Below, in pieces: positions 26,104 to 37,890 of a DNA stretch of 64,000 bases. Source of the stretch: Pristiophorus japonicus (taxonomy: Eukaryota); assembly GCF_044704955.1 (NCBI RefSeq), contig NC_091997.1, forward strand, positions 45,384,001 to 45,448,000, in the 5' to 3' direction. The position numbers were made by a program, and so were the translations under genes. Below the pieces are notes generated by a model. That model worked only from the letters and a program-made list of their open reading frames with translations. It made no database searches and was not told the DNA's origin. Position 1 is the stretch's first letter. Every line of letters begins with the position of its first letter.

Positions 26104-26399
26104 TAAGAGTCTTAAAAGTTGTGCTTGCCTTTATCTCTGGCCGCTTCTCTCGCTTTCCTAAAGTCTGAATTTAAATGATTATTTAAGACTGTATTAATTA
26201 GTTTATCTAGTTAAGTGAGAAAAAAAGCCATTAGTACTCGCCCACCAATCACCTACCTGCTGTCCTGTGACGTCACTCCTTGTTTTTTTTGCTGTTTTGG
26301 AATTTGCTGGATTTATTCTGCTGCCATGCCCTTCCAGGTCCGCGCTGTCCTCGGATCCCATGCTCTCTCTTCTCTGCCTCCGTGCTGCCAACCTCTTCC

Positions 26400-27925
26400 A
26401 GCTCCAGCTTTTCCTGTATTTTGTCGCAGTCCTCCTCTGCATTAACTGGACCCCCGCCACCATCACCATTTGGTGTCATCTGCAAATTTTGAAATTGTAC
26501 TTCCAATTCCCAAGACCAAATGATTTATGTAAATGGTGAACAACAGTGCTCCCAGCACCGATCCTTGTGGAACACCACATACCACCTTTTTGCCAGTCTG
26601 AGTAACCACTTTTAGCTCCTACTGTCTGCTTGTTTTGTACTCCGTTTGCTATCCACTCTGCTAGTTGTCCCCTGACTCCGCGAGTTGTGACCTTAGTAAT
26701 GAGTCTACTGTGTGGTAGCTTATCGAAAGCCTTTTGAAAATCCAAATATATTTCATCTATTCCATTAATCTTGTTACTTCGTCAAAGAATTAAGTAACAT
26801 TGATCAAGCATGACCTTCCCTTTTGAAATCCAAGTTGACTACTCTTCATTATATTTTCACTTTCTAGATGTTTTTCTATTAGACATTGAATAAGGATTCC
26901 GTTATCTTTGCTACTAGTGACATTAACCCAATTGGTCTATAGTTCCCTGGGCTTATTCTATCTCCCTTTTTAAATATGGGAATCTCATTAGCTGTCTCAG
27001 TTCTATGGCATTACTCCCTTTTCTAACTAATTTATATAAATATATATGTAGCAGTATTCTTCCTGACTTCCTCTAATATGTGCAGATGCAATCCATCTGA
27101 ACCAGGGGTGTTATCCTCCAAGTTTGATTTAGTTTATCAATTATCTCCCTTTCTATCTTAAATGTCATTTTTTTAATCCTTTCTTCTGTTGTCATGTCCA
27201 ACATGTTAGTCTCCCTGGTAAATACCAAGGCGAAGTAGTTATTTAATATTTTTGCTATTTCGCTGCCATTACCTGAGAGTTTATCATCGGTATGCCATAA
27301 TGGCCCTATTCCTATCCTGATTTTTCTTTTGTTATTTATGATGTTTGTTGAATGGCTTGCTATTTCTTTTTATGTTCATTGATGATTTAATTTTGTAGTT
27401 TCTCTCTCTGCCTTCCAAGTTTTTTGACTTCTTTCCCAACCTATTAATATTCCCTTTTCTCATCCTCCTTTGTTGTGTGTGCCTTTTTCTTCAGTTTCGA
27501 TATTGCTCTCATTTCTTTATTCACTCGTGATGTACCATTATTGACTAGTTTGTGCTTTTTAGTCGGATATATTTCTCTTGCACTCACTCGATTACTGTTT
27601 TAAATGTTTCCCACTGCTGTTCTATTTATTTCCTTGTCCATAAATCTTTCCAGTTTATTTTCCCAATTCCATTCTCATACCCTTAAAATCAGCTTTTTTT
27701 CAAATTCATTGCTTTTGTCTTATGTTCTTAATCTTTATATTAAACTGTATTACGTTGTGATCGCTATTGCTTAGATGTTCCCTTATTATTACTTCTCATC
27801 TGTTCTGGTTCGTTTCACATTACCAGATCTAGTAGTGCTCCCTCTCTTGGTTTTTTACATACTGGGTAAGGAAGGAAACCTCTACACATTGTATGAACTC
27901 CATTCTCTGTAGCCCTTTCCAATTG
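26400..27925 (-). mobile_element. Old CR1 fragment ending about 150 bp upstream of the first NSF exon
   Basis: MDFQKAFDKLPH; reverse complement of tttgcagatgacaccaaa (FADDTK). Confidence 0.75.
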
Positions 27926-28077
27926 AATGGGAAATGTTGACAGAGCAATTTATAATGAGAAAATTTGTTTCATTTTTCCCAATTCAGGATTTTTCACTGC
28001 TGAGAATTTATTTTGCAGTTGTTTAATGGTTTTCATTTGGTCATTTGTCCGACAATATGTCTTTGTCTTTCTCCTAG

Positions 28078-28277
28078 GTTGTAAACACGTGAAGGGTATT
28101 CTGCTCTATGGCCCACCAGGATGTGGAAAAACCCTAATGGCACGACAGATTGGGAAAATGTTGAATGCTCGTGAGCCCAAAGTTGTGAATGGTCCCGAAA
28201 TCCTCAACAAATATGTGGGCGAATCTGAAGCGAACATTCGTAAACTCTTTGCGGATGCGGAGGAAGAGCAGAGGAGG
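28078..28277 (+). CDS. NSF: NSF internal coding exon (200 bp; matches human exon 9 by recalled structure), D1 Walker A and pore loop
   Basis: Translates (G)[66 protein letters not shown]. Acceptor ctttctcctag, donor GTGAGT at 28278, phase 1 to 0. Confidence 0.97.
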
Positions 28278-28722
28278 GTGAGTGTTCTGAATCTTGATGA
28301 ATGATGGCGCTTTATTTTGTGCAGAGATGGCCATTATAATTGGGGGCAATACAAAGGGAGGAGGTGGGTGGAAGTACAGGTCCCCACCGAGATGTTGAGC
28401 ATTCTCCACCGATACAGATGCTAATCTAAGCTTGTATTGTGCCCCAAATATTCTCTCCAGGCCATGTGGTAGCACGAGCTAACCCAGATTTCCATTTAAA
28501 TCCCCTTTCCTTCTGAGTTTTGAATTCAGATTATGGATGGAGAAGCCAGAATTCTTGTAAATTTGTCGATGATCTTTAAGTAAATGCTTAAATAAGCCAA
28601 TTCCAACCTAACCTCAAGTGTGCTTGAACTGTTTCAGAACAAAAATAGTTGTTCCAATAACTCTTGAAGATTGTGCCGAGGATGATTTTTTTTTCCACGT
28701 GTATATACTGCTAAAAGTCTAA

Positions 28723-29025
28723 GAGGCCGAAATTGCCCCTTTTTTAAGAGCCGGTAATTGGTCGGTCACGGGGAATGTTTGACCCATCCACCGCGCCTGG
28801 CGCTCCCACCCCTTGTCAGCCGCGTGCCGGCTCCTTGCCGCTTGGCAGCGACCCCTTTACTGCCCTGTGTGGGAAATTGCCCCATGGGAGCGCGGCCGCT
28901 GCCGGTTGGTGCCACTGACAGCTCCGCGAGGTGGGAAGCTACCAGTGGCTGGATGGTGCGGCCACCCTTAAAAGGGGAGGGCGCACTGCCGCGGCTGCCA
29001 TTTTCTTTTAATTGTCGGCCGACTC
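28723..29025. mobile_element. MITE-family element, left part only
   Basis: TAA|GAGGCCGAAATTGCCCC resembles the TIR at 22004; CpG-rich body. Confidence 0.65.
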
Positions 29026-29319
29026 TGTAGGTATCCAATTAGACCCAGTATCCTGCTCTATCCCCATAGTCCTTTAAATCTTTCCCCTTCAATATTTATC
29101 CAATTCTCTTTTTGGAAGTTACTATTGAATCTGTTTCCACCACCCTTTACAGGCAGTGCGTTCATAACTCTCTGCGTAAAAAAAAAAACTTTAAATTTAC
29201 CTCATCTCTCTGGTTCTATTGTTAATTATCTTAAATATTTGTCCTCTGGTTCCTAACCCTCCTTCCAATGGAAACCGTTTCTCCCATCTATATGAAAACT
29301 GGCCATCATGTTGATCACC

Positions 29320-29605
29320 TGGGTATAGTGGTTATGTCACTGGACTAGTAATCCAAAGCCTGGACTAATGATCTGGAGCCATGAGTTCAAATCCCATTAC
29401 TGCAGTTGAGAAATTTAAATTAATATATAAATCTGGAATAAAAAGCTAGTATCACTAACGGTGACCATGTAACTATCGGGTTGTTGTTTAAAACCCATTT
29501 GGTTCACTGATGTCCTTTTTAGGGAAGGAACTCTGCCATCCTAACCTGTTCTGGCTCACCACCACCTTCTCGAGGGCAATTAGGTACGCCCACATCCCAT
29601 GAACA
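29320..29605 (+). mobile_element. Second SINE family copy, internally deleted, within a CR1 3' fragment (about 29030-29720, minus strand)
   Basis: Colinear with 8650-9095. Confidence 0.7.
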
Positions 29606-30838
29606 AATACATTTTTTTTAAAACCTCTTAAATCTCCCCCTTAACCACCTCTGCTCTAAGGAGAACAATCCCAGCTTATCTCGTGTCTCTACATAATTGA
29701 AGTTCCTCATGCTGGTTTCTCTGTGAATCCAGTCCTCTTTAGATTTTGGTTTGAAGTCTGCTTTGGACTGTAAGTGGCTTCTTTCTTCTCCTCCACTTGG
29801 CTACATGTACAGCAGAACCCATCAGCAGTGTAAGCAACTCATTGATTGCATTTTAAAGGGTGATTTGTGCAACAGGAATGGATATATCAGTACTTGGGTG
29901 AGAAAACTGCTGGTGTTCAGTCTGCATGTGCTTTGTTTTAATTGTGTTTTTCAATAAAAATTTGAGTTTTCTATTTGTTTTCTCCTATCTATTGGTTGCC
30001 TTTACTCGGTTTGCATATTTTCAGAATGCGACCAGTAAGCTTGGGTTGGTGGGGTGGGACGGTGTCGAGGGAAAGTCAAATTGTTCTGAAAACACATTCT
30101 AATGGTGGAAAACGCAGGTTTCAAAGGGCATCAAAACTGCTGCAAATGGATTATAGGGTTTCTTCAGAGGAGCCCTTCAAATGTGATTGTTTTCAGACTG
30201 ATTGGGGGTAGAGCAATAAATCTGGGAGGGAACAAGTTGAGATTCACAATGCTTCACCTGGATTTTCATTTCCTTTTTAATCTAGAATTCAGACCCCAGT
30301 TTCGTGGCATTTCAAAACTCAATGAAATAATTTACATTTAAGCCCCTGCTCATGGGGCTTGATGAAAACCAAGGAGGAGGCGGAATGTCGTACCTGGCTA
30401 TTTCCAGGTGCTTGGAGGTGGGGCGCTGGGGGTGGGTCGAGCTTGACGAGCTCCTGTGAAACTCGTACATCCCATGTGTCGCAGCTTCAGGTGGACAATG
30501 AAGCATTGAGTCTGACGAAACGGCCCTGCCATTCAGGCTTGTCATGTCCGCTTCAGTCAAAATGGATTCTCAGGACAGTTCTGTTTTTTTTTTAAATTAA
30601 CCTGGTTTAATTGAATGTTGGTTGCTGTTTTGGACAGTGGGGGTTAAGCTTGATGCATCTGTGTTGGATGAGAGCTAAGTTTTGAAAAGGTCAGCTCCCA
30701 TCTGAACCAGTGTCGAGGCAGATCGCCAGCGTGAGGACAGATTGCCCGAACAATATCAACACTGTGGGCTTTGCCTTCATACCAGTCGCCTTCTTCACAT
30801 TTAATTCAAAAGGTTCTTGCACTCTTGTCTTTTCACAG

Positions 30839-31004
30839 CTTGCGGCAAACAGTGGCCTACACATCATCATATTTGATGAAATAGATGCCATTTGCAAGCA
30901 GAGGGGGACCATGGCAGGCAGCACGGGTGTGCACGACACAGTTGTCAATCAGCTACTTTCCAAAATAGATGGAGTGGAGCAACTCAATAACATCCTTGTT
31001 ATAG
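30839..31004 (+). CDS. NSF: NSF internal coding exon (166 bp; about exon 10), D1 Walker B
   Basis: Translates [55 protein letters not shown](G). Acceptor tcttttcacag, donor GTAAGG at 31005, phase 0 to 1, continuing the previous exon in frame. Confidence 0.97.
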
Positions 31005-31199
31005 GTAAGGGCTGCGAACTGGCCTGTGTGTGCCTTGTAGCACTTGGGGTATTCTGTATGACAGCTCTTGGGCCTGGCGCCACAGTCAACAGCAAAATGG
31101 TGCCGTGAAGAGGACATTTTGTTGCTTACTCTCTCTGCTCTGGGTCTGATAGAATGTCGACGCAGTGCTGAAGTGCTAAATATATATTGTAAGAAGAAT

Positions 31200-34100
31200 A
31201 CTTATCCACTTTGGCAGAAAAAATAGAAAAGCAAATTATTATTTAAATGGAGAAAAATTGCAAAGTGCTGCAGTACAGAGGGACCTGGGGGTCCTTGTGC
31301 ATGAAACAAAAGGTTAGTATGCAGGTACATCAAGTAATCAGGAAGGCAAATGGAATGTTGGCCTTTATTGCAAGGGGGATTTATAAAAGCAGAGAAGTCC
31401 TGCTACAACTGTACAGGGTATTGGTGAGGCCACACCTGGAGTACTGCGTACAGTTTTGGTCTCCATATTTAAGGAAGGATATACTTGCATTGGAGGCAGT
31501 TCAGAAAAGGATCACTAGGTTGATTAGAGATGAGGGGGTTGACTTATGAAGATAGGTTGAGTAAGTTGGGCTGATACTTATTGGAGTTCAGAAGAATGAG
31601 AGAAGAGTGATCTTATTGAAACTTAAAATAATGAGTGGGCTAGACAAGGTGGATGCAGAGAGATACTTCCACTCACAGGGGAAACTAAAACTAGGGGACA
31701 TAGTCTCAGAATAAGGGCCCGCCCATTTAAAACTGAGATGAGGAGGAATTTCTTCTGAGGGTTGTAAATATATGGAATTCTGTGCCCCAGATAGCTGTGG
31801 AGGCTGGGTCATTGAATATATTTAAGGCGGAGATACAGATTTTTGAGCGATAAGGGAATAAAGGGTTAGGGAGAAACATAGAAAATAGGGCAGGAGTAGG
31901 CCATTCGGCCCTTCAAGTCATTCAATAAGATCATGGCTGATCACCTCAGTACCCCTTTCCTGCTTTCTCTCCATACCCCTTGATCCCTTTAGCCGTAAGG
32001 GCAATATGTAACTCCCTCTTGAATATATCGAACAAACTGGCATCAACGACTCTCTGCGGTAGAGAATTCCACCGGTTAACAACTGTCTGAGTGAAGAAGT
32101 TTCTCCTCATCTCAGTCCTAAATGGCTTACCCCTCATTCTTAGACTGTGTCCCCTGGTTCTGGACTTCCTCAGGAACATTTTTCCTGCATCCAACCTGTC
32201 CAGTCTCATCTGTATTTTATAGGTTTCTATGAGATCCCCTCTCATTCATCTAAACTGCAGTGAATACAGGCCCAGTCGATCTAGCCTCCCCTCATAGGTC
32301 AGTCCTGCCATCCCGGGAATCAGTCTGATGAACCTTTGTTGCACTCCCTCAATAGCAGGAATGTCCTTCCTCAGATTAGGACTCCAAAACTGAACACAAT
32401 ATTCCAGATGAGGCCTCACCAAGGCCCTGTACGACTGCAGTAAGATCTCCCTGCTCCTATACTCAAATCCCTAAGCTATGAAGGCCAACGTGCCATTTGC
32501 CGCCTTTACTGCCTGCTGTACCTGCATGCCAACTTTCAATGACTGATGCACCCGACACCAAGTCTTGTTGCATCTCCCCTTTTCCTAATCTGCTGCCATT
32601 CAGATAATCTGCCTTCGTGTTTTTGCCACCAAAGTGGATAACCTCACATTTATCCACATTATACTGCATCTGCCATGCATTTGCCCATTCACCTAACTTG
32701 TCCAAGTCACCCTACAGCCTTTTAGCATCCTCCTCGCAGCTCATATTGCCACCCACCTTAGTGTCATCTGCAAACTTGGAGCTGTTGCATTCAATTCCTT
32801 CATCGAAATCATTGATGTATATTGTAAATCCCAGCACTGAGCCCTGCGGCACTAGTCACTGCCTGCCATTCTTAAAAGGACCTGTTTATCCCGACTCTCT
32901 GCTTCCTGTCTGCCAACCAGTTCGCCATCCACGTCAATACATTACCCCCAATGCCATGTGCTTTAATTTTGCACACCAATCCCTTGTGTGGGACCTTGTC
33001 AAAAACCTTTTGAAAGTCCAAATACACCACATCCACTGATTCTCCCCTGTCCACTCTACTCACATCCTCAAAATTCTAGAAGATTTGTCGAGCATGATTT
33101 CCCTTTCATAAATCCATGCTGACTTGGACTGATCCTGTCACTGCTTTCCAAATGTGCTGCTATTACATCTTTAATAATTGATTCCAACATTTTCCCCACC
33201 ACTGATGTCAGGCTAATCGGTCTATAATTCCCCGTTTTCTCTCTCCCTCCTTTCTTAAAAAGTGATGTTGCATTAGCTACCCTCCATTCCATAGGAACTG
33301 ATCCAGAGTCGATAGACAGCTGGAAAATGATCACCAATGCATCCACTATTTCTAGGGCCGCTTCCTTAAGTACTCTGGAATGCCGACTATCGGGCCCTGG
33401 GGATTTATCAGCCTTCAATCCCATCAATTTGCCTAACACAATTTCCTGCCTAATAAGGATTTCCTTCAGTTCCTCCTTCTCCCTCGACCCTCTGTCCGCT
33501 AGCATTTCCGGAAGTTATTTGTGTCTTCCTTCGTGAAGACTGAACCAAATTATTTGTTCAATTGGTCTGCCATTTCTTTGTTCCCCATTATAAATTCACC
33601 TGATTCTGACTGCAAGGGATCTATGTTTGTCTTCATTAATCTTTTACTCTTCACGTATCTATAGAAGCTTTTACAGTCAGTTTTTATGTTCCCAGCAAGC
33701 TTCCTCTCATACACTATTTTCCCTCTCCTAATTAAACCCTTTGCCCTCCTCTGCTGAATTCTAAATTTCTCCCAATCCTCAGGTTTGCTGCTTTTCCTGG
33801 CCAATTTATATGCCTCTTCCTTGGATTTAACACTATCCTTGATTTCCCTTGTTAGCCACGGTTGAGCCACCTTCCCAGTTTCATTTTTACTCCAGACCAG
33901 GATGTACAATTGTTGAAGTTCATCCATGTGATCTTTAAATGTTTGCCATTGCCTATCCACCGTCAACCCTTTAAGTATCATTCGCCAGTCTATTCTGGCC
34001 AATTCACGTCTCATACCATTGAAGTTACCTTTTCCTAAATTCAGGACCCGAGTCTCTGAATTAACTGTGTCACTCTCCATCTTAATAAAGAATTCTACAT

Positions 34101-34510
34101 ATTATGGTCACTCTCTTCCCCAAGGGGCCTTCCACAACAAGATTGTTAATTAGTCCTTTCTCATTACACATCACCCAGTCTAGGATGGCCAGCCCTCTAG
34201 TTGGTTCCTCGACATATTGGTCTCGAAAACCATCCCTAGTACACTCCAGGAAATTGTCCTCCACCATATTGCTACCAGTTTGGTTAGCCCAATCTATATG
34301 TAGATTAAAGTCGCCCAAGATAACTGCTGTACCCTTATTGCATGCATCCCTAATTTCTTGTTTGATGCTGTCCCCAGCCTCACTATGACTATGGGGAGCG
34401 GGCAGGGAAGTGGAGCTGAGTCCATGATCAGATCAGCCATGATCTTATTAAATGACAGAGCAGGCTTGAGGGGCCAGGTGGCCTACTCTTGCTCCTATTT
34501 CTTAGGTTCT
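31200..34510 (+). mobile_element. CR1 3' fragment split by an antisense CR1 (pieces about 31200-31872 and 34390-34510)
   Basis: [13 protein letters not shown]; joining aagggtta to tggggagcgggcagggaag rebuilds the tail seen at 44690-44830. Confidence 0.85.
31873..34385 (-). mobile_element. CR1 LINE of about 2.5 kb, end of endonuclease through RT to tail
   Basis: MGDFNLHIDW, KSPGPD, NYRPISLTSVVGK and YLDFQKVFDKVPH motifs. Confidence 0.93.
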
Positions 34511-35240
34511 AATACCAGTTTAATAATGTGTAAACCTTGCCCCATTTCCAGTAGTTTCTTTGCAGTTTAGTCACTCCCAAGGATTTTCAAATGAGCCATC
34601 ATCTATACTTTCATGGATGGGGATATATTGTTGGCCCAATTAATTTCTCCTGTTCCTCTTTTCAGCTTTAATACAGTTCTCATTTTAGCAATTGACCATC
34701 AATGTAAAATCTTATCCAGTGCTTTTTGAAAATCTTGAGTTACATCAAACATCCACTGCATTTCCCCACACAATATAGCACCATCTTCAAAAGAAAATGG
34801 CTCCAAGCTGGTCATTGATTAACTTATGGAATCTTCCCCACCCTTTTTAATTCTCTACTGACTGTCCTTTTATCAAGCTTGACTTTCTCTCTCGTTTCCT
34901 GCTGGAGCGTATATTTCCCTCCAGTCATTCATGTGAGCAAAGTTGGTATGAGTATAAAATGACACTTCCTTTTTTATATGTGCAATGGCTTTCTAACTCT
35001 CCTGGGAGTAAGATACGTCTGTGGATTCCTTAACATTGCTTCCGATCCCCAAATACTATGTTAAACCGACTAGTCTGACGTTTCTGGATCTATCTCGTAA
35101 ACTGTTTTCTGAATATTGCAGTTATATTTGTAATTTTTCTAGCTATTTTAACTTTCATTGAAGTGGCTGTGGATCATTTGGGATCTCGAGACTATGGTTG
35201 TCTGCATGGAGAATTCTAGGGCTGCTAGTGGTTTGAACGC

Positions 35241-37890
35241 AAGAACATAAGAACTAGGAGCAGAAGTAGGCCTTTCAGCCCCTCGAGTCTGCTCCGCCAT
35301 TCAATGAGATCATGGCTGATCTCCCTCAACTCCACCTTCCTGCACTATCCCCATATCTGTTGATTCCCTTAGTATTCAAAAATTTATCGATCTCAGTCTT
35401 GAATATATTCAAAGATTGAGCATCCACAGTCCTCGGGTAGAGAATTCCAAAGATTCCCAACCCTTTTGAGTGAAGAAATTTCTCCTCATCTCAGTCCTAA
35501 ATGGCCGAACCCTTATTCTGAGACTGTGGACCCCCTAGTTCTAAACTTCCCAGCCAGGGGAAACATCTTCTCAGCATTAACTCTGTCAAGCCCCTTAAGA
35601 ATGTTTATATGTTTCAATGGGATCATCTCTCATTCTTCCAAACACTAGGGAATATAGGCCTAGTCTACTCAATTTCTCCTCATAGGAAAATCCCAGGAAT
35701 CAGGCTCGTGAACCTTTTTTTGCACTCTCTAAGGTAAGTATACCCTTCCTTGGATAAGGAGACCAAAACTGTACACACTACTCCAGGTGTGGTCTCGCTA
35801 AGGCCCAATATAATTGTAGTACGACTTTTTTTACTCTTGTGCGCCAATCCCTTTGCCATTTACTTTTCCTAATTGCTTGCTGTACCTGCGTGTTAACTTT
35901 CTGTGATCCGTGTACAAGGACACCCTATTCCCACTGAATACCAACATTTCAGTCTGTCACCATTTAAAAAAAATTCTTTCTACCAAAGTGGATAACTTCA
36001 CACTTCTCCACATTATATTCCATCTGCCATGTTCTTACCCACTCACTTAATCCCTTTGCAGCTTCTTTGCATCCTCCTCACAGCTTACTTTCCCACCTAA
36101 TTTATATAGTCAGCAAACTTGGTTACATTACACTCAGTCCCCTCATCTGAATCATTGATTATAGGTTATAAATAGCTCAAGTACTGAAACTTGTGGCACC
36201 CTACTCATTACACCCTGTCGACCCAAAAATGACCTATTTATTCCGACTCTATATTCCTGTTCATCAACCAATCCTCTGTCCATGCGAATATATTGCACTA
36301 AATTAGGACTCATGGGATTGGGGGTAATAACATGGTTGAACTAAGTCCTTGTTGTGAATTATGAATTCTTTAAATATTTGCCATTGCTTATCTACTGTAA
36401 TATCATTACATCTAGTTTCTCAATCTACCATTGCCAACTCGTGGCTCATACCTATGTAGTTTATTTTGTTCAGATTTAAGGGGCCAAGTTTCGGCCTGAG
36501 TTGCTCCTGAATTTTTGGAGCAACTGGTTTAGAATGGAGTATCTTGGAAATTGCAATTCTTGGCATTTAGTTTGCTCCAGTTCTAGTCAGTTAGAACAGT
36601 TTCATTTTGGAACAGATTTTTTTTTTCAAAAGGGGGCGTGTCCGGCCACTTACGCCTATTTTGAAAGTTTAGGCACTGAAAACTTACTCCAAACTAACTT
36701 AGAATGTAGTAAGTGTAGATTTTTGTACGCTCAGAAAAACCTTGCCTACACTTAGAAAATCAGGCGTAGGGAATGTGGGTGGGGTGGGGGTTTAAAGGGA
36801 AGTTTACAAACATTAAACACTTCAGTTTTACAAATGAAGAGCCATCATCAATAATAAATGATAAATACATCAATAAATCAATCAAAAAAAATTTTAAAAA
36901 TTAAAAAAATCAATAAATAACACATTTTCTACTTACCGACTGCAGCACCGGGAGCCCTCCAACAGTGTGCTGGGACTGCCCCGCCCCCCCCCCCCCCCCC
37001 AAATGTGTCTCTCTCTGTCTCTATCTCTCTGTCTGTCAGTGTCTGTTTCTGACAGCGAGAGGTGGGGGGGGGGGGGGGGGGGGAGGAGGAAAGAGAGGTG
37101 GGGGGGGGGGGGGGAGAGAAAGGGCGGGGGGGGAAGGAGGGAGAAAGAAGAGAGGTGGGGGGGGAAGGACCGGGCCCAAGACTTGATTTAAAGGTAGGGG
37201 GTCGGGACCTGGGGCTGGAGGGGAGTCGTGTCGGGAGGAAGCAGGAGCTGAGCGTGGGAGGTGCAGCCTGATCCACGCAGCCCCAGTGAGCCCAGTCGGC
37301 CAGGGCTGGGGGACTGCGTGCTTTGGGCCCCTCCCACAAAGTTTTGGGCACCTGGACCTCCTGCATATGCGCGCATGTGCAGAGGTCCCGGTACTGTTTT
37401 CAACGCAGGGACCTGGCTCCGCCCCCCACAGCTCGTGCTGCACCGCGCCGAGGGCCAGAGGACCTACAGGGAGCCGGAGAATCGGTAAGTATTTTTTAGG
37501 TGCACTTTCTGGCGCGAAAAACGGGCGTTCAGTTCTGGGCTGCGCCGTTCTAGGCGCGGCCCGAAACTTGGGCCCTAAGACCCTAGTTTCTTATTTAACT
37601 AAATCACACTCAAACTCAAAATAAAATTCTATCATATTATGACTACTCTTCCTCAGGAGCTCCTTTACTACAAGGTTATTAATGAACCCTTTCTCATTGC
37701 ACAATACTAGATCAAAATAGCCTGTTCCCAAGTTAGTTCCTTGACATACTGATCTAGAAAACTATCTTGAAATGCATTTCATGAACTCGTCCTTCATACT
37801 ATTATTGCAAATTTGGTGTGCCCATTCTATATGAAGATTTGATTACTGTAATACCCTTGTTACATGCTCCTCTCATTTCCTGATTTATAC
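35241..37890 (-). mobile_element. Older, internally deleted CR1 hosting a MITE
   Basis: CR1 3' end at about 35241; the sequence either side of the MITE joins to ttcagatttaagaccctagtttc, homologous to 34030-34060. Confidence 0.8.
36480..37575. mobile_element. Intact MITE (PIF/Harbinger, Tourist-like), 1096 bp
   Basis: TAA|GGGGCCAAGTTTCGG ... CCGAAACTTGGGCCC|TAA (14/15 TIR, TAA TSD); no transposase ORF. Confidence 0.88.

Larger units (their letters stand above)
21870..26300 (-). mobile_element. Old CR1 5' portion (endonuclease region, ORF1 region, 5' end) with nested insertions
   Basis: NKAGELEAQIATWEYDVVAI (APE endonuclease-type start) near 24280-24380; degenerate CR1-like sequence flanks each nested element. 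Confidence 0.6.

Noticed and set aside
27927-28304. AAA ATPase ORF as a standalone gene or as VCP/p97
   Set aside because: Only 28078-28277 is exonic, and the sequence ([32 protein letters not shown]) is NSF-specific.
36929-37443. Pro- and Gly-rich ORFs
   Set aside because: Translations of G/C homopolymer tracts inside a non-coding MITE.
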